Virus record (IMG/VR): IMGVR_UViG_3300002164_000001
Span: 1 to 43,923 of that record
Direction: 5' to 3' (one strand)
DNA length: 43,923 nt
Source: a virus
Both the position numbers and the translations under genes were made by a program. A model generated the notes under the pieces. That model did not search any database. It worked only from the letters and a program-made list of their open reading frames with translations, and had not been told where the DNA came from. Shown piece after piece: positions 8,492-17,476 of this stretch. The first letter of the stretch is position 1. Each line of letters opens with the position of its first letter.

Positions 8492-10258
8492 ATGTTATTT
8501 TATGACTTTGAAGTTTTCAAAGAAGATTGGTTGGTTGTAGTTCTTGATATGTTGAATAAAAAAGAACATGTTATTATCAATGATCCTGCTGCACTGGAAA
8601 ATTTATATGAGGAAAACAAGAATGAAATATGGGTTGGATTTAATTCAAGACATTATGACCAATACATTCTGAAAGGAATCCTTTGTGGGTTTGATCCTAA
8701 AAGAATAAACGATTACATCATTGTTAGGGGCAATCCAGGATGGAGATTTTCATCCTTACTTAGAAACATAAAGCTTATAAACTATGATGTTATGACTGGC
8801 ATTGATAGAGGATTGAAAACTTTTGAAGGTTTCATGGGAAATGACATTAGAGAAAGTTCAGTTCCTTTTGATATAGATAGAAAATTAACTCAAAAAGAAA
8901 TTGAAGAAACAGTTAAGTATTGTAGACATGATGTTCAACAAACAGTTGAAGTTTTCTTGGAAAGAAAAGATGATTTTGAAGCACATATGGGATTGGTGAA
9001 GATTGCTTGTGAGGGGAAACCTTTGGATCTGTTTCTATTATCAAGAACCAAAGTTCAACTTTCATCAATTATTCTTGATGCAGTAAAGAAAGATCATGAT
9101 GATGAATTTGACATTGACTTCCCTTCTACTATGAAAATTGAAAAATATACACAAGTGGTTGATTGGTATGCTGATCCTGAAAACAGGTGTTATACAAAGA
9201 AAAATAAAAATGGAAGAATGGTAAAAAACCAGCTTGAAATTATGGTTGCAGGTGTTCCACATGTATTTGCTTGGGGTGGGGTTCATGGTGCTATTGATAA
9301 ATACCAGGGTGAAGGATATTTCTTAAATGTAGATGTTGCTTCACTATACCCTTCATTGATGATTTTATATGACCTTGGAAGTAGAAATATGAAAGATCCA
9401 AAAAAATATGAAGAAATTTATCATACCAGGCTGAAATATAAGGCAGAGGGAAACCCTTTGGATTTACCATTGAAACTTGTATTGAATGGTACTTATGGGG
9501 CAATGAAAGACAAGAATAATCAGTTATATGATCCAAGACAAGCAAACAGGGTTTGTGTATATGGGCAACTTCTATTACTTGATTTGATTGAAAAACTTGA
9601 ACCACATGTGCAAATTATTCAATCAAATACAGATGGTGTTCTAATGAAATTACCTGATGGTTCAGCTGAAACCTTCTATTTGATAGATGATATTTGTCAT
9701 GAATGGGAAGAAAGAACTGGTCTTGTACTGGAATTTGAAGAATACAAAAAAGTTTTTCAAAAGGATGTTAATAACTATGTAATTGTACCACATGGAAAGC
9801 TTTATGATGAAAAAGGCAAACCACTATGGGTTTCAAAAGGTGCTTATGTAAAGAAATTGCATAGTCTTGATTATGATCTTCCAATTGTAAATAAAGCATT
9901 AATAAATTACATGGTGCATGATATTCCAGTTGAAAAGACAATTAATAATTGTAATGAATTAAAAGAATTTCAACTGATAACAAGAGCAAGCAGCAAATAT
10001 ACACATATCCTTCATGGTGATAAAAAAATTAATGAAAAAACAATCAGGGTCTTTGCTTCCAATGATCCAAAGGATCAAGGTAAAGGTGTTAGAAAGGTTC
10101 ATGCTGTTACAGGTAGACCTGCAAAAATGCCCAATTCCCCTGAAAGTTGTTTCATCTTCAATGATGATGTAAATGGTGTAAAAGCACCAAAAAAACTTGA
10201 TAAAGAGTTTTATATTGATATGGCAAACAAAAGACTTAAAGACTTTGGGGTGGTGTGA
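8492..10258 (+). CDS. Family-B DNA polymerase (compact, with a 3'-5' exonuclease domain)
   Basis: Exo I FYDFEVF, Exo II NSRHYDQY, Exo III YCRHD. Pol motif A DVASLYPS, motif B KLVLNGTYG, motif C-like SNTDGV. Confidence 0.8.
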   Translation: MLFYDFEVFKEDWLVVVLDMLNKKEHVIINDPAALENLYEENKNEIWVGFNSRHYDQYILKGILCGFDPKRINDYIIVRGNPGWRFSSLLRNIKLINYDVMTGIDRGLKTFEGFMGNDIRESSVPFDIDRKLTQKEIEETVKYCRHDVQQTVEVFLERKDDFEAHMGLVKIACEGKPLDLFLLSRTKVQLSSIILDAVKKDHDDEFDIDFPSTMKIEKYTQVVDWYADPENRCYTKKNKNGRMVKNQLEIMVAGVPHVFAWGGVHGAIDKYQGEGYFLNVDVASLYPSLMILYDLGSRNMKDPKKYEEIYHTRLKYKAEGNPLDLPLKLVLNGTYGAMKDKNNQLYDPRQANRVCVYGQLLLLDLIEKLEPHVQIIQSNTDGVLMKLPDGSAETFYLIDDICHEWEERTGLVLEFEEYKKVFQKDVNNYVIVPHGKLYDEKGKPLWVSKGAYVKKLHSLDYDLPIVNKALINYMVHDIPVEKTINNCNELKEFQLITRASSKYTHILHGDKKINEKTIRVFASNDPKDQGKGVRKVHAVTGRPAKMPNSPESCFIFNDDVNGVKAPKKLDKEFYIDMANKRLKDFGVV

Positions 10259-10321
10259 TGGATAAAAATGAGTTGAACTTAAATCCCAAAGAAATTGAAA
10301 TAAGTAAGGTGGTGACAAAAG

Positions 10322-12205
10322 TTGTTTTTTAGAGGATATGTTGAAACAAAAAATAAAAAATGCATTGAAAAATTCAAAGGAAGAACTAACTTAAAAACTT
10401 ATGAACAAGTAAAAGATTTATCAGAATTTGCAGGTATCCTTGCAACTGACACCATCTTAATTGATATAGATGATTTTGAACAAAGTGAAATACTGTTCAA
10501 AATAGTTCAAGATAAAGGGCTTATTTGTAGGGTGTATGAAACAACCAGGGGGAAACATTTTCTATTCAAGAATAAAGGTGTTCCTTCAAATAAGACAAAA
10601 GCAAACCTGGCTATTGGAATAACTGCTGATATTAAACTTGGGAAAAGAAATTCTTATTCCATACTAAAATTCAAAAATAAAGAAAGAAAGATTATATATG
10701 ATACCACAGAAAACGAACAAGCACAGGAACTTCCAAAGTGGTTACTTCCAATTAAAAATAATACTGATTTTATTAATATGAATGCAGGTGATGGAAGAAA
10801 TCAAGCTTTATTCAACTACATACTTACATTACAATCTAATGACTTTGAAGTTGAAGAATCAAGGGAAACAATCAGGATCATCAATCAATATGTATTAAAA
10901 GAACCATTATCAGATGATGAACTTGAAGTTGTTATTCGTGATGAAGCTTTTGCAAAACCAGTGTTTTTCAAGGGTACAACCTTCCTTTTTGATAAGTTTT
11001 CAGTGTTCTTGAAAAATAACCATCATATTAAAAGAATAAATAATCAGCTGCATATATACAAAGATGGAATTTACATTAGTGGACTTGCTGAAATTGAAGC
11101 TGAAATGATTAAGCATATCCCCCAGTTAAACAGGGCAAAAAGAGCAGAAGTTCTTGCTTACCTGGATATTTTAATTAGGGAAAATACACCTGCAACAGAA
11201 GCAAATTGGATTGCTTTCAGGAATGGACTTCTTAATATTTATGATGATAGCTTTGTTCCATTTACTCATGAGCATGTAATCACTAATAAAATTGATTGGG
11301 ATTACAATCCAAATGCTTATGATGAACTTGCAGATAAAACCCTTGACAGAATATCCTGCAATGATAAGCAGATCAGAATGTTACTTGAAGAAATAGTGGG
11401 ATATACAATGTTCAGAAGAAATGAACTTGGAAAAGCATTCATATTAACAGGTTCAGGTTCAAATGGAAAATCAACTTTCCTGAATATGCTTAAACACATG
11501 CTTGGAAGAAGAAATGTTTCAGTTTTGGACTTGAAAAAACTAAATGATAGGTTTTCAACAGTAATGCTATTTGGAAAGCTTGCAAACATTGGTGATGATA
11601 TTTCTGATGAATTCATAACAGATACATCAGAGTTTAAGAAAATTGTTACAGGTGAAGCAATAGATGCTGAACAGAAAGGTCAACCAAAGTTTGAATTTGA
11701 ACCTTATGTAAAATTATTATTTTCAGCAAACAATATTCCAAGATTAGGAAAAGGTAGGGATTCAAATTCAATATTAAGAAGACTGATCATTGTTCCATTT
11801 AATGCAAGATTTTCACCTGATGATGATGACTTTGTTCCCTTCATTGGTGACAAGTTAAGAAGACAAGAAGCAATTGAATATTTAATTCAACTTGGACTTA
11901 AAGGATTGAAAAGGGTTCTTATTACAAGAAAGTTCACTGAATCAGAACAAGTTCAAAAAGAACTTGAAGAATATGAAGAAACTAACAACCCAATCATTGG
12001 ATTCTTTAAGGAAATTGACAGGGAAGAAATTGAAAATGAACCAACAAATCAAGTTTATAAGAGATATACAGTATATTGTGCTGAAAATGGATTGAATCCA
12101 GTTTCACAGATAGGATTTTCAAAACAACTAACTGCAAATTTTGGTTTTGAAATCATAGATAAAAAAATCAAAGGTAAGAAATACAGAATATTAGTTTCAA
12201 AGTAA
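10322..12205 (+). CDS. Primase-helicase (prim-pol-like N-terminus with a D5/P4-type SF3 helicase C-terminus)
   Basis: DIDD acidic motif near the N-terminus and Walker A GSGSNGKST. TTG start preceded by the RBS aaggtggtga. Confidence 0.8.
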   Translation: MFFRGYVETKNKKCIEKFKGRTNLKTYEQVKDLSEFAGILATDTILIDIDDFEQSEILFKIVQDKGLICRVYETTRGKHFLFKNKGVPSNKTKANLAIGITADIKLGKRNSYSILKFKNKERKIIYDTTENEQAQELPKWLLPIKNNTDFINMNAGDGRNQALFNYILTLQSNDFEVEESRETIRIINQYVLKEPLSDDELEVVIRDEAFAKPVFFKGTTFLFDKFSVFLKNNHHIKRINNQLHIYKDGIYISGLAEIEAEMIKHIPQLNRAKRAEVLAYLDILIRENTPATEANWIAFRNGLLNIYDDSFVPFTHEHVITNKIDWDYNPNAYDELADKTLDRISCNDKQIRMLLEEIVGYTMFRRNELGKAFILTGSGSNGKSTFLNMLKHMLGRRNVSVLDLKKLNDRFSTVMLFGKLANIGDDISDEFITDTSEFKKIVTGEAIDAEQKGQPKFEFEPYVKLLFSANNIPRLGKGRDSNSILRRLIIVPFNARFSPDDDDFVPFIGDKLRRQEAIEYLIQLGLKGLKRVLITRKFTESEQVQKELEEYEETNNPIIGFFKEIDREEIENEPTNQVYKRYTVYCAENGLNPVSQIGFSKQLTANFGFEIIDKKIKGKKYRILVSK

Positions 12206-12220
12206 AGAGGTGAATTAAAC

Positions 12221-12919
12221 ATGCAGGGTAAATATGAAAAAGAATTTATCAAAATGATAGAACAACAAAGATATAAATATGGTGCTTATCAGTTATTTTA
12301 TGATTTTTGTGAATGTGCAGCATGTTCTATTAATTCACCATTAGAAAATCATGAGATAAGAGAACAAAGGTATCAAGAAACCATAAAGAGATATCAGGAT
12401 GAAAATATAGTAAATATACTTGGTGACATGCTTGGAGCTTTAATTTTAGCAATAGAAGAAAACCCCTTTACAGATGTTCTTGGAAATATCTATATGCAGC
12501 TTGAAATATCAGATAAAAAACATCTTGGACAATGTTTTACACCTGACCATGTTTCCCTTCTATGCAGTCAATTGACTTTAGGAAATATAGAAGAAGTTAT
12601 TAAAGAAAATGGATTTGTAACACTTAATGATTGTTGTGTTGGTGGTGGAAGTATGGTTTTATCTTTTGCTAAAGCTTTCAAAGATTTAGGATTTAACCCA
12701 CAAAAGGAATTATGTGTTGTGTGTAATGACATTGATTCTCTATGTGTGAACATGACATATATTCAACTATCATTGAATGGAATTCCTGCAAGAGTATTAT
12801 GGGGTGATACAATTACACAAAAATTTACTGATTATTTTCATACACCAATGTGGGTACTGAATGGTTTTAATTATAAATATGAAAGGATGATGAAGGGTGA
12901 AGAATTCAGGGTTAGCTGA
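12221..12919 (+). CDS. HsdM/N6_Mtase-like SAM-binding protein lacking an evident NPPY/F catalytic motif
   Basis: GQCFTPDHV (motif X-like), a motif I-like CCVGGGSMVL, and NMTYIQLSLNGIPARVLWGDTI. The protein ends about 35 aa later with no NPP[YF]. Confidence 0.5.
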   Translation: MQGKYEKEFIKMIEQQRYKYGAYQLFYDFCECAACSINSPLENHEIREQRYQETIKRYQDENIVNILGDMLGALILAIEENPFTDVLGNIYMQLEISDKKHLGQCFTPDHVSLLCSQLTLGNIEEVIKENGFVTLNDCCVGGGSMVLSFAKAFKDLGFNPQKELCVVCNDIDSLCVNMTYIQLSLNGIPARVLWGDTITQKFTDYFHTPMWVLNGFNYKYERMMKGEEFRVS

Positions 12920-13280
12920 TGTATGTATTACATGTGGGGTTTATGTTCCAGAAGGAAGACAGATTTGTCCTTCATGTGAAAAGAATAAATCTATCATCAG
13001 GGTGGAAGACAAACCACAGAAACACATTGAAATATGCAATATATTGAATGACATATACACAAGAAAAAATCATGACTATGGTGATTCATTTGCAAAATTA
13101 AGAAATGAACTTCCAAATGCAATCCTGGTCAGGATATATGACAAATATTCAAGACTTAAAACATTAATGGAAGGTGCAGAACAAAAGGTTAAAGATGAAA
13201 GTATTGATGACACACTTATGGATTTAGCAAATTATTGCATTATGGAATTAGTTGAAAGGAAGATGACAAATGGAAATTAA
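12897..13280 (+). CDS. DUF1599-like protein with an N-terminal CxxC...CxxC zinc ribbon
   Basis: CITCGVYVPEGRQICPSC followed by KNHDYGDSF...YDKYSRLKTL. Sits directly upstream of MazG, a common phage pairing. Confidence 0.5.
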   Translation: MKNSGLADVCITCGVYVPEGRQICPSCEKNKSIIRVEDKPQKHIEICNILNDIYTRKNHDYGDSFAKLRNELPNAILVRIYDKYSRLKTLMEGAEQKVKDESIDDTLMDLANYCIMELVERKMTNGN

Positions 13281-13599
13281 TGATTATCAAAAAGCAGCAT
13301 TAAGAACAGCAAACAGCGACAAATCAAAGGATTTAATTTTGAATGGTGTTCTTGGTCTTTGTGGTGAAACAGGTGAAGTTGCTGATCATATTAAAAAGCA
13401 TTTATTTCAAGGTCATGAATTGGACAAGGATCAAATGATTAATGAACTTGGTGATGTATGTTGGTATATTGCAATTCTTGCAAAAGGACTGAATGTTGAT
13501 CTTGAAACAGTCATGAAAAAGAACATTGATAAGTTAATGAAAAGATACCCCAATGGATTTGAGAAGGAAAGGTCACTACACAGAAAGGATGATGAATAA
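13270..13599 (+). CDS. MazG-like nucleotide pyrophosphohydrolase
   Basis: INDYQKAALRTA...GLCGETGEVADHIKK...ELGDVCWYIA, the typical MazG helix pattern. Confidence 0.8.
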   Translation: MEINDYQKAALRTANSDKSKDLILNGVLGLCGETGEVADHIKKHLFQGHELDKDQMINELGDVCWYIAILAKGLNVDLETVMKKNIDKLMKRYPNGFEKERSLHRKDDE

Positions 13600-13805
13600 T
13601 GAAGGTTAAGAAAGTAAATTCAGTTGAAGTTCCAATGTTGACTGATGAAAAGTTTGATAAGATTGAAGAATTTGCTGCACTTGTGAAACCAGTCCAGGAA
13701 TGGATGTTGAAAAATTACAATCCACATTCCAAGGTAATTATTGAAGTGAATGGTGCAACAGTCACAACAGATGACTTATTTATTCCATTGAAAGTTGGTG
13801 ATTAA
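13599..13805 (+). CDS. Hypothetical protein
   Basis: 68-aa ORF whose start overlaps the MazG stop (ATGA-type coupling). Confidence 0.55.
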   Translation: MKVKKVNSVEVPMLTDEKFDKIEEFAALVKPVQEWMLKNYNPHSKVIIEVNGATVTTDDLFIPLKVGD

Positions 13806-13881
13806 ATGGGTTACATCATAACATTCATGATTGGTGGAATATTCGGTGTAATTATAATGTGTTTAGTCACTATTTCAAAGG

Positions 13882-14106
13882 ATGGTGATAATGTTGGCAA
13901 GTAGAAATCCAAAGTATAATGCATCAGGTTGTGCTGATCCAACAGCTTATGAAGCATTGAAACCAATTATCAAAGAGGACAGGCAACTTGAAAGAAAAGT
14001 TCACAATATCATTAATACTTTGAAATTTATTGTTGATTGGGCAGGATTTGAATTTATCGGAAGAATTGAAATCAGACACAAAGAATCAGGAAGGGAATTC
14101 AAATGA
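13882..14106 (+). CDS. Hypothetical protein
   Basis: 74-aa ORF in the operon. Confidence 0.5.
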   Translation: MVIMLASRNPKYNASGCADPTAYEALKPIIKEDRQLERKVHNIINTLKFIVDWAGFEFIGRIEIRHKESGREFK

Positions 14107-14267
14107 ATAGATATAAATGTCCAAATTGTAAAGGAAATCAATATTCATCTAGTAGCAAGAAAGCTGATGAACCATGTATCTATTGTGGTAATGAAGGAAC
14201 TGAATTAATGAAAAACATTGAAGAAAGTGAAGGTGGAAAGGATGAAAAGAACTTATGCAGTAAGTAA
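14103..14267 (+). CDS. Small zinc-ribbon protein (54 aa, below the ORF-track cutoff)
   Basis: MNRYKCPNCKG...CIYCGNEG gives two CxxC pairs. ATG at 14103 overlaps the upstream stop. Confidence 0.45.
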   Translation: MNRYKCPNCKGNQYSSSSKKADEPCIYCGNEGTELMKNIEESEGGKDEKNLCSK

Positions 14268-14409
14268 GGATGATAAATCAAGTTTATGGTATGCACATAT
14301 GGTTGACTTTCCCAAAATACCTGTATTTGGTAGTTTCAGTAAAAACAAAAAAAGCAGCACAGAAACATGCAGCAAATATGATGGGGATAACCTTAAAGGA
14401 ATATTATAA
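14218..14409 (+). CDS. Hypothetical protein
   Basis: 63-aa ORF. The likely real start is the ATG at 14242, after gaaggtggaaagg. Confidence 0.45.
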   Translation: MKKVKVERMKRTYAVSKDDKSSLWYAHMVDFPKIPVFGSFSKNKKSSTETCSKYDGDNLKGIL

Positions 14410-14437
14410 AACAAAAAATTAAAGGGTGGTATGAAAA

Positions 14438-14725
14438 ATGAAACCAGTAAAAACAGAAACAAGTAATGTAACCTTTGTTGGTGAAGGATGTCAGGACTTA
14501 CCAGGTACAAGATATCTTTGTGATGATGGGGTTACCCCTGGAATAGAAACAGTTTGGGAATTGGATGATAAGGAAAAGCAACAAGTGTTGGAATCAGGCA
14601 GAATTTATTTATACATAATGGGAAGAACAGTTCAACCTTGTTTTCTTGCAACAGAATCAGCAATCAGAATTGAAGAAGATGAAAGGAATGGTGAAGATAA
14701 TGAAAAATATGAATACAAAGAATAG
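14438..14725 (+). CDS. Hypothetical protein
   Basis: 95-aa ORF preceded by the RBS aaagggtggt. Confidence 0.6.
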   Translation: MKPVKTETSNVTFVGEGCQDLPGTRYLCDDGVTPGIETVWELDDKEKQQVLESGRIYLYIMGRTVQPCFLATESAIRIEEDERNGEDNEKYEYKE

Positions 14726-15299
14726 AATTGAATTATATAAGAAGTTAGTTGATGAACGTAGTAATCAGTTACCAGGTGTAATGAATGAAGATTTCTTACA
14801 GTGGTTAATTGATGAAGGGTTCTTCGCTGCCCCTGCTTCAAGAAAATATCATGGTGCATATGAAGGTGGACTATTTGATCATTCATATGCAGTTACTCAT
14901 ACTCTACTTGGAATGACTGAAAGACTTGATATTGAATGGGAACATCCAAGATCACCAGTTATTGTTGGACTGTTTCATGATTTATGTAAGGTTGACCAGT
15001 ATGAGAAGGTCATTGATGTTGAAGGGGTTACTTACTTTGGTAGGGATGAAGTTGAAGGTGAAGAATATCATTTTGAATATAGAAATGATAGTTTGTTCCC
15101 TGGACATGGTGAAAAATCAGTGATGAAATTGGCTGCATGGTTACACCTTACAGAAGAAGAAATTCTTTGTATTCGTTATCATATGGGTGCTTATGAAAAG
15201 GATGCTTGGGATTACTTTGATAAAGCAATCAGGAAATATGAAACTGTACTTTGGACACATCAGGCAGACATGTATGCTTCTAAAGTCAAAGGTATTTGA
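14646..15299 (+). CDS. HD-domain phosphohydrolase
   Basis: KYHGAYEGGLFDHS and GLFHDLCK (H...HD signature). The likely real start is the ATG near 14700. Confidence 0.75.
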   Translation: MQQNQQSELKKMKGMVKIMKNMNTKNRIELYKKLVDERSNQLPGVMNEDFLQWLIDEGFFAAPASRKYHGAYEGGLFDHSYAVTHTLLGMTERLDIEWEHPRSPVIVGLFHDLCKVDQYEKVIDVEGVTYFGRDEVEGEEYHFEYRNDSLFPGHGEKSVMKLAAWLHLTEEEILCIRYHMGAYEKDAWDYFDKAIRKYETVLWTHQADMYASKVKGI

Positions 15300-15330
15300 A
15301 AGTTAATTTTCAAAGAAGGGATGAAGGATC

Positions 15331-15501
15331 ATGTTAGAAAGAAATGAAGAAGGTAGATTAAAATTTGATTCATTAGGTATGGAAATATTTATTGGTGGAC
15401 TATTTCAAAAATGTAATACGGAACATGAAGTAAATTGGTTAGAAGAACAACTTCAAGACATAGTTGAAATGAGTGCAGAAGAAAAGCTTGATGAATTATA
15501 A
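15331..15501 (+). CDS. Hypothetical small protein (56 aa, below the ORF-track cutoff)
   Basis: ATG at 15331 preceded by gaagggatgaagg. Open frame to TAA at 15499-15501. Confidence 0.45.
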   Translation: MLERNEEGRLKFDSLGMEIFIGGLFQKCNTEHEVNWLEEQLQDIVEMSAEEKLDEL

Positions 15502-15535
15502 AAAATTTGTTCCCCAAATATTTCAAACAGTAGTA

Positions 15536-15833
15536 GTTCAAGGTTGGGTTCAAGATAGTTCTTGATAAAATATATAACTTGAACCCTTTGAAACCCTTGA
15601 TGTAACTATTGTTAAGGGTATCGGTTCAAGAAGTTCAAGATAGTAACAACTTATTATATAAAATATTATATATTTTTTAATTAAGTTTAAATATAATATA
15701 TACCCTAAAAATAAAGAATATATAGGAATATATCTTGAACCTTGAACCGTTAAAGCTGAAACCCTTGAAAACACTGACTTTTTATCGGTTCAAGATAAAA
15801 AAGGGGTTCAAGGTGTAATACAAAAGGTTCAAG
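15536..15833 (+). promoter_or_regulatory. GTTCAAG/CTTGAAC site array with an AT-rich core (copy B), upstream of the late regulator gene
   Basis: gttcaag at 15536, 15548, 15624, 15633, 15788, 15806 and 15827. cttgaac at 15578, 15734 and 15741. The core 15623-15749 is an inverted near-copy of 42712-42837. Confidence 0.7.
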
Positions 15834-15846
15834 AAGAAAGGATGAT

Positions 15847-16386
15847 TTGATGACAAAACAGATAGAAAATTATATGAATGAGCTTATTTATAAATATACT
15901 TCTGAATTGAAAAAGCAAGGTCTTTTGAGGAATAACAAAAGAACACCTTTTCAAAAAACAGAAACCTTGTTGTATAATTACAATAATTTTAAGGCTGCAA
16001 TCCAAGATAAGCATGATCAGATTGAAGAAATTAAAAATGTAGGACTTAGAAAAAGAAGTAAAAGCATAACATCCATTTCTTCAAATCCTACATATGAAAT
16101 TAAATCAGATATAGACAAGGCAGAAGAAAAAATTGAAAGTATTGAACAAAGTATTCAGGTAACAAAGAATTTTATCAGAATAATAGATAATGCAATTGAT
16201 ATGTTAAAGGATGATCCTTACTTTGATATTATCAGGATGAAATATTTTGAAGGTAAAACAAGAGAAGAAATGGCTGAATACTATGATGTTGATGTTTCTA
16301 CTATTTCAAGAAATAAGAACAGGCTTGTAAATTTATTGCAGATTAGATTGTTTTCAGATGAAGTAATATATCAAATATTTAGTTAA
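15847..16386 (+). CDS. Sigma-70 region-4-like late transcriptional regulator (ArpU/RinA-type position upstream of terS)
   Basis: C-terminal HTH KTREEMAEYYDVDVSTISRNKNRLVNLL. Located just before the packaging genes. The likely start is the ATG at 15850. Confidence 0.65.
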   Translation: MMTKQIENYMNELIYKYTSELKKQGLLRNNKRTPFQKTETLLYNYNNFKAAIQDKHDQIEEIKNVGLRKRSKSITSISSNPTYEIKSDIDKAEEKIESIEQSIQVTKNFIRIIDNAIDMLKDDPYFDIIRMKYFEGKTREEMAEYYDVDVSTISRNKNRLVNLLQIRLFSDEVIYQIFS

Positions 16387-16406
16387 AATATAAAGAAGGT
16401 GATATT

Positions 16407-16727
16407 GTGAACAGAGCAGAAAGAAGAAGATTACAAAAGAAGGGTCTTCCAGTTAAGAAAGAACCAGTAGTCAATATCAAGTATAGTGATGTTCAACAGA
16501 TGAAAGATGAAGCAACTAAAAAAGCAGCAGATACAGCATTCCTTTTGATGTTAGGTCTTCCAGTGTTAGTTCTTCGTGACAAGTGGGGCTTCGGTAAAGT
16601 TAGACTTGAAAGGTTTATTGACCAGGTAATTGATATGTATGAAGCTTTCAATGAAGGATATTTGACACTTGATGATATTCATAAGGTTATTGAAGAAGAA
16701 ACAAGAATTAAAATCCTTGGTAAATAA
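16407..16727 (+). CDS. Hypothetical protein
   Basis: 106-aa ORF with a GTG start after aaggtga. Confidence 0.55.
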   Translation: MNRAERRRLQKKGLPVKKEPVVNIKYSDVQQMKDEATKKAADTAFLLMLGLPVLVLRDKWGFGKVRLERFIDQVIDMYEAFNEGYLTLDDIHKVIEEETRIKILGK

Positions 16728-16809
16728 TGCACATATCGTGCAACATTGACACCCTTGTTATGCATTTATATTAATAGTAAGATGTTAATAAGTAAAATTT
16801 TATCTTGAA

Positions 16810-16857
16810 CCCCTTAATTAATCTTGAACTTTTCAATAGATTAATTAAGGGGTTTTT
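16810..16857 (+). terminator. Rho-independent terminator
   Basis: 14-bp perfect stem ccccttaattaatc / gattaattaagggg, then ttttt. Confidence 0.8.
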
Positions 16858-16883
16858 ATATTCAGAAAGGAAGGTGTTGCAGG

Positions 16884-17402
16884 ATGGCAAAGCTGACTAA
16901 AAAGCAAAAGCTATTCGTTGAAGAATACCTGATTGACCTGAATGCAACACAAGCAGCAATCAGGGCAGGGTATTCTTCTAATACAGCAAAAGAAATAGGA
17001 TATGAAAACCTGACAAAACCTCACATTAAAAGTGCAATAGATAAAGCTATGGCTGAAAGATCAAGAAGAACAGGTGTCAATGCAGATAGAATTGTTCAAG
17101 AACTTGCCAAGATTGCTTTTCTTAATCCCACTGATGTTATTAATATGGATGAAGCTACAATCAAAGGCGATTCTAATAGAGATGACACTGCTGCAATCAG
17201 TTCAGTAAAAGTTAAAAGAATTCCAACAGAAGATGGGGATATTACTGAAAGAGAAGTCAGAACTTATGATAAAATCAAAGCACTTGAACTTCTTGGAAAA
17301 CATATTGGAATGTTCACTGATAAGTTTAAAGTTGAAGGTAATATTCCAGTTGTAATTGTTGATGACCTGGAAGATGATGAAGATGAAGAATTTGATGACT
17401 AA
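16884..17402 (+). CDS. terS: Terminase small subunit (Terminase_2-like)
   Basis: KKQKLFVEEYLIDLNATQAAIRAGYS...AKEIGYENLTKP, a typical TerS HTH N-terminus. Lies directly upstream of terL. Confidence 0.85.
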   Translation: MAKLTKKQKLFVEEYLIDLNATQAAIRAGYSSNTAKEIGYENLTKPHIKSAIDKAMAERSRRTGVNADRIVQELAKIAFLNPTDVINMDEATIKGDSNRDDTAAISSVKVKRIPTEDGDITEREVRTYDKIKALELLGKHIGMFTDKFKVEGNIPVVIVDDLEDDEDEEFDD

Positions 17403-17476
17403 TAACACATTAGTAACACAATCATCTTCAAACCCTGATAAACAAAGGCTTTATATTTATTATGCAATAATTCAGG

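Noticed and set aside
13806-13904. A 32-aa hydrophobic mini-ORF (MGYIITFMIGGIFGVIIMCLV...) between 13805 and 13882.
   Set aside because: It is plausible as a small membrane peptide, but it is very short, overlaps the next ORF and has no strong RBS. The evidence is not enough to list it as a feature.
15536-15833. The short repeated units as a CRISPR array.
   Set aside because: The units are 7-11 bp, irregularly spaced and present in both orientations. There are no 25-40 bp repeats with unique spacers and no cas genes.
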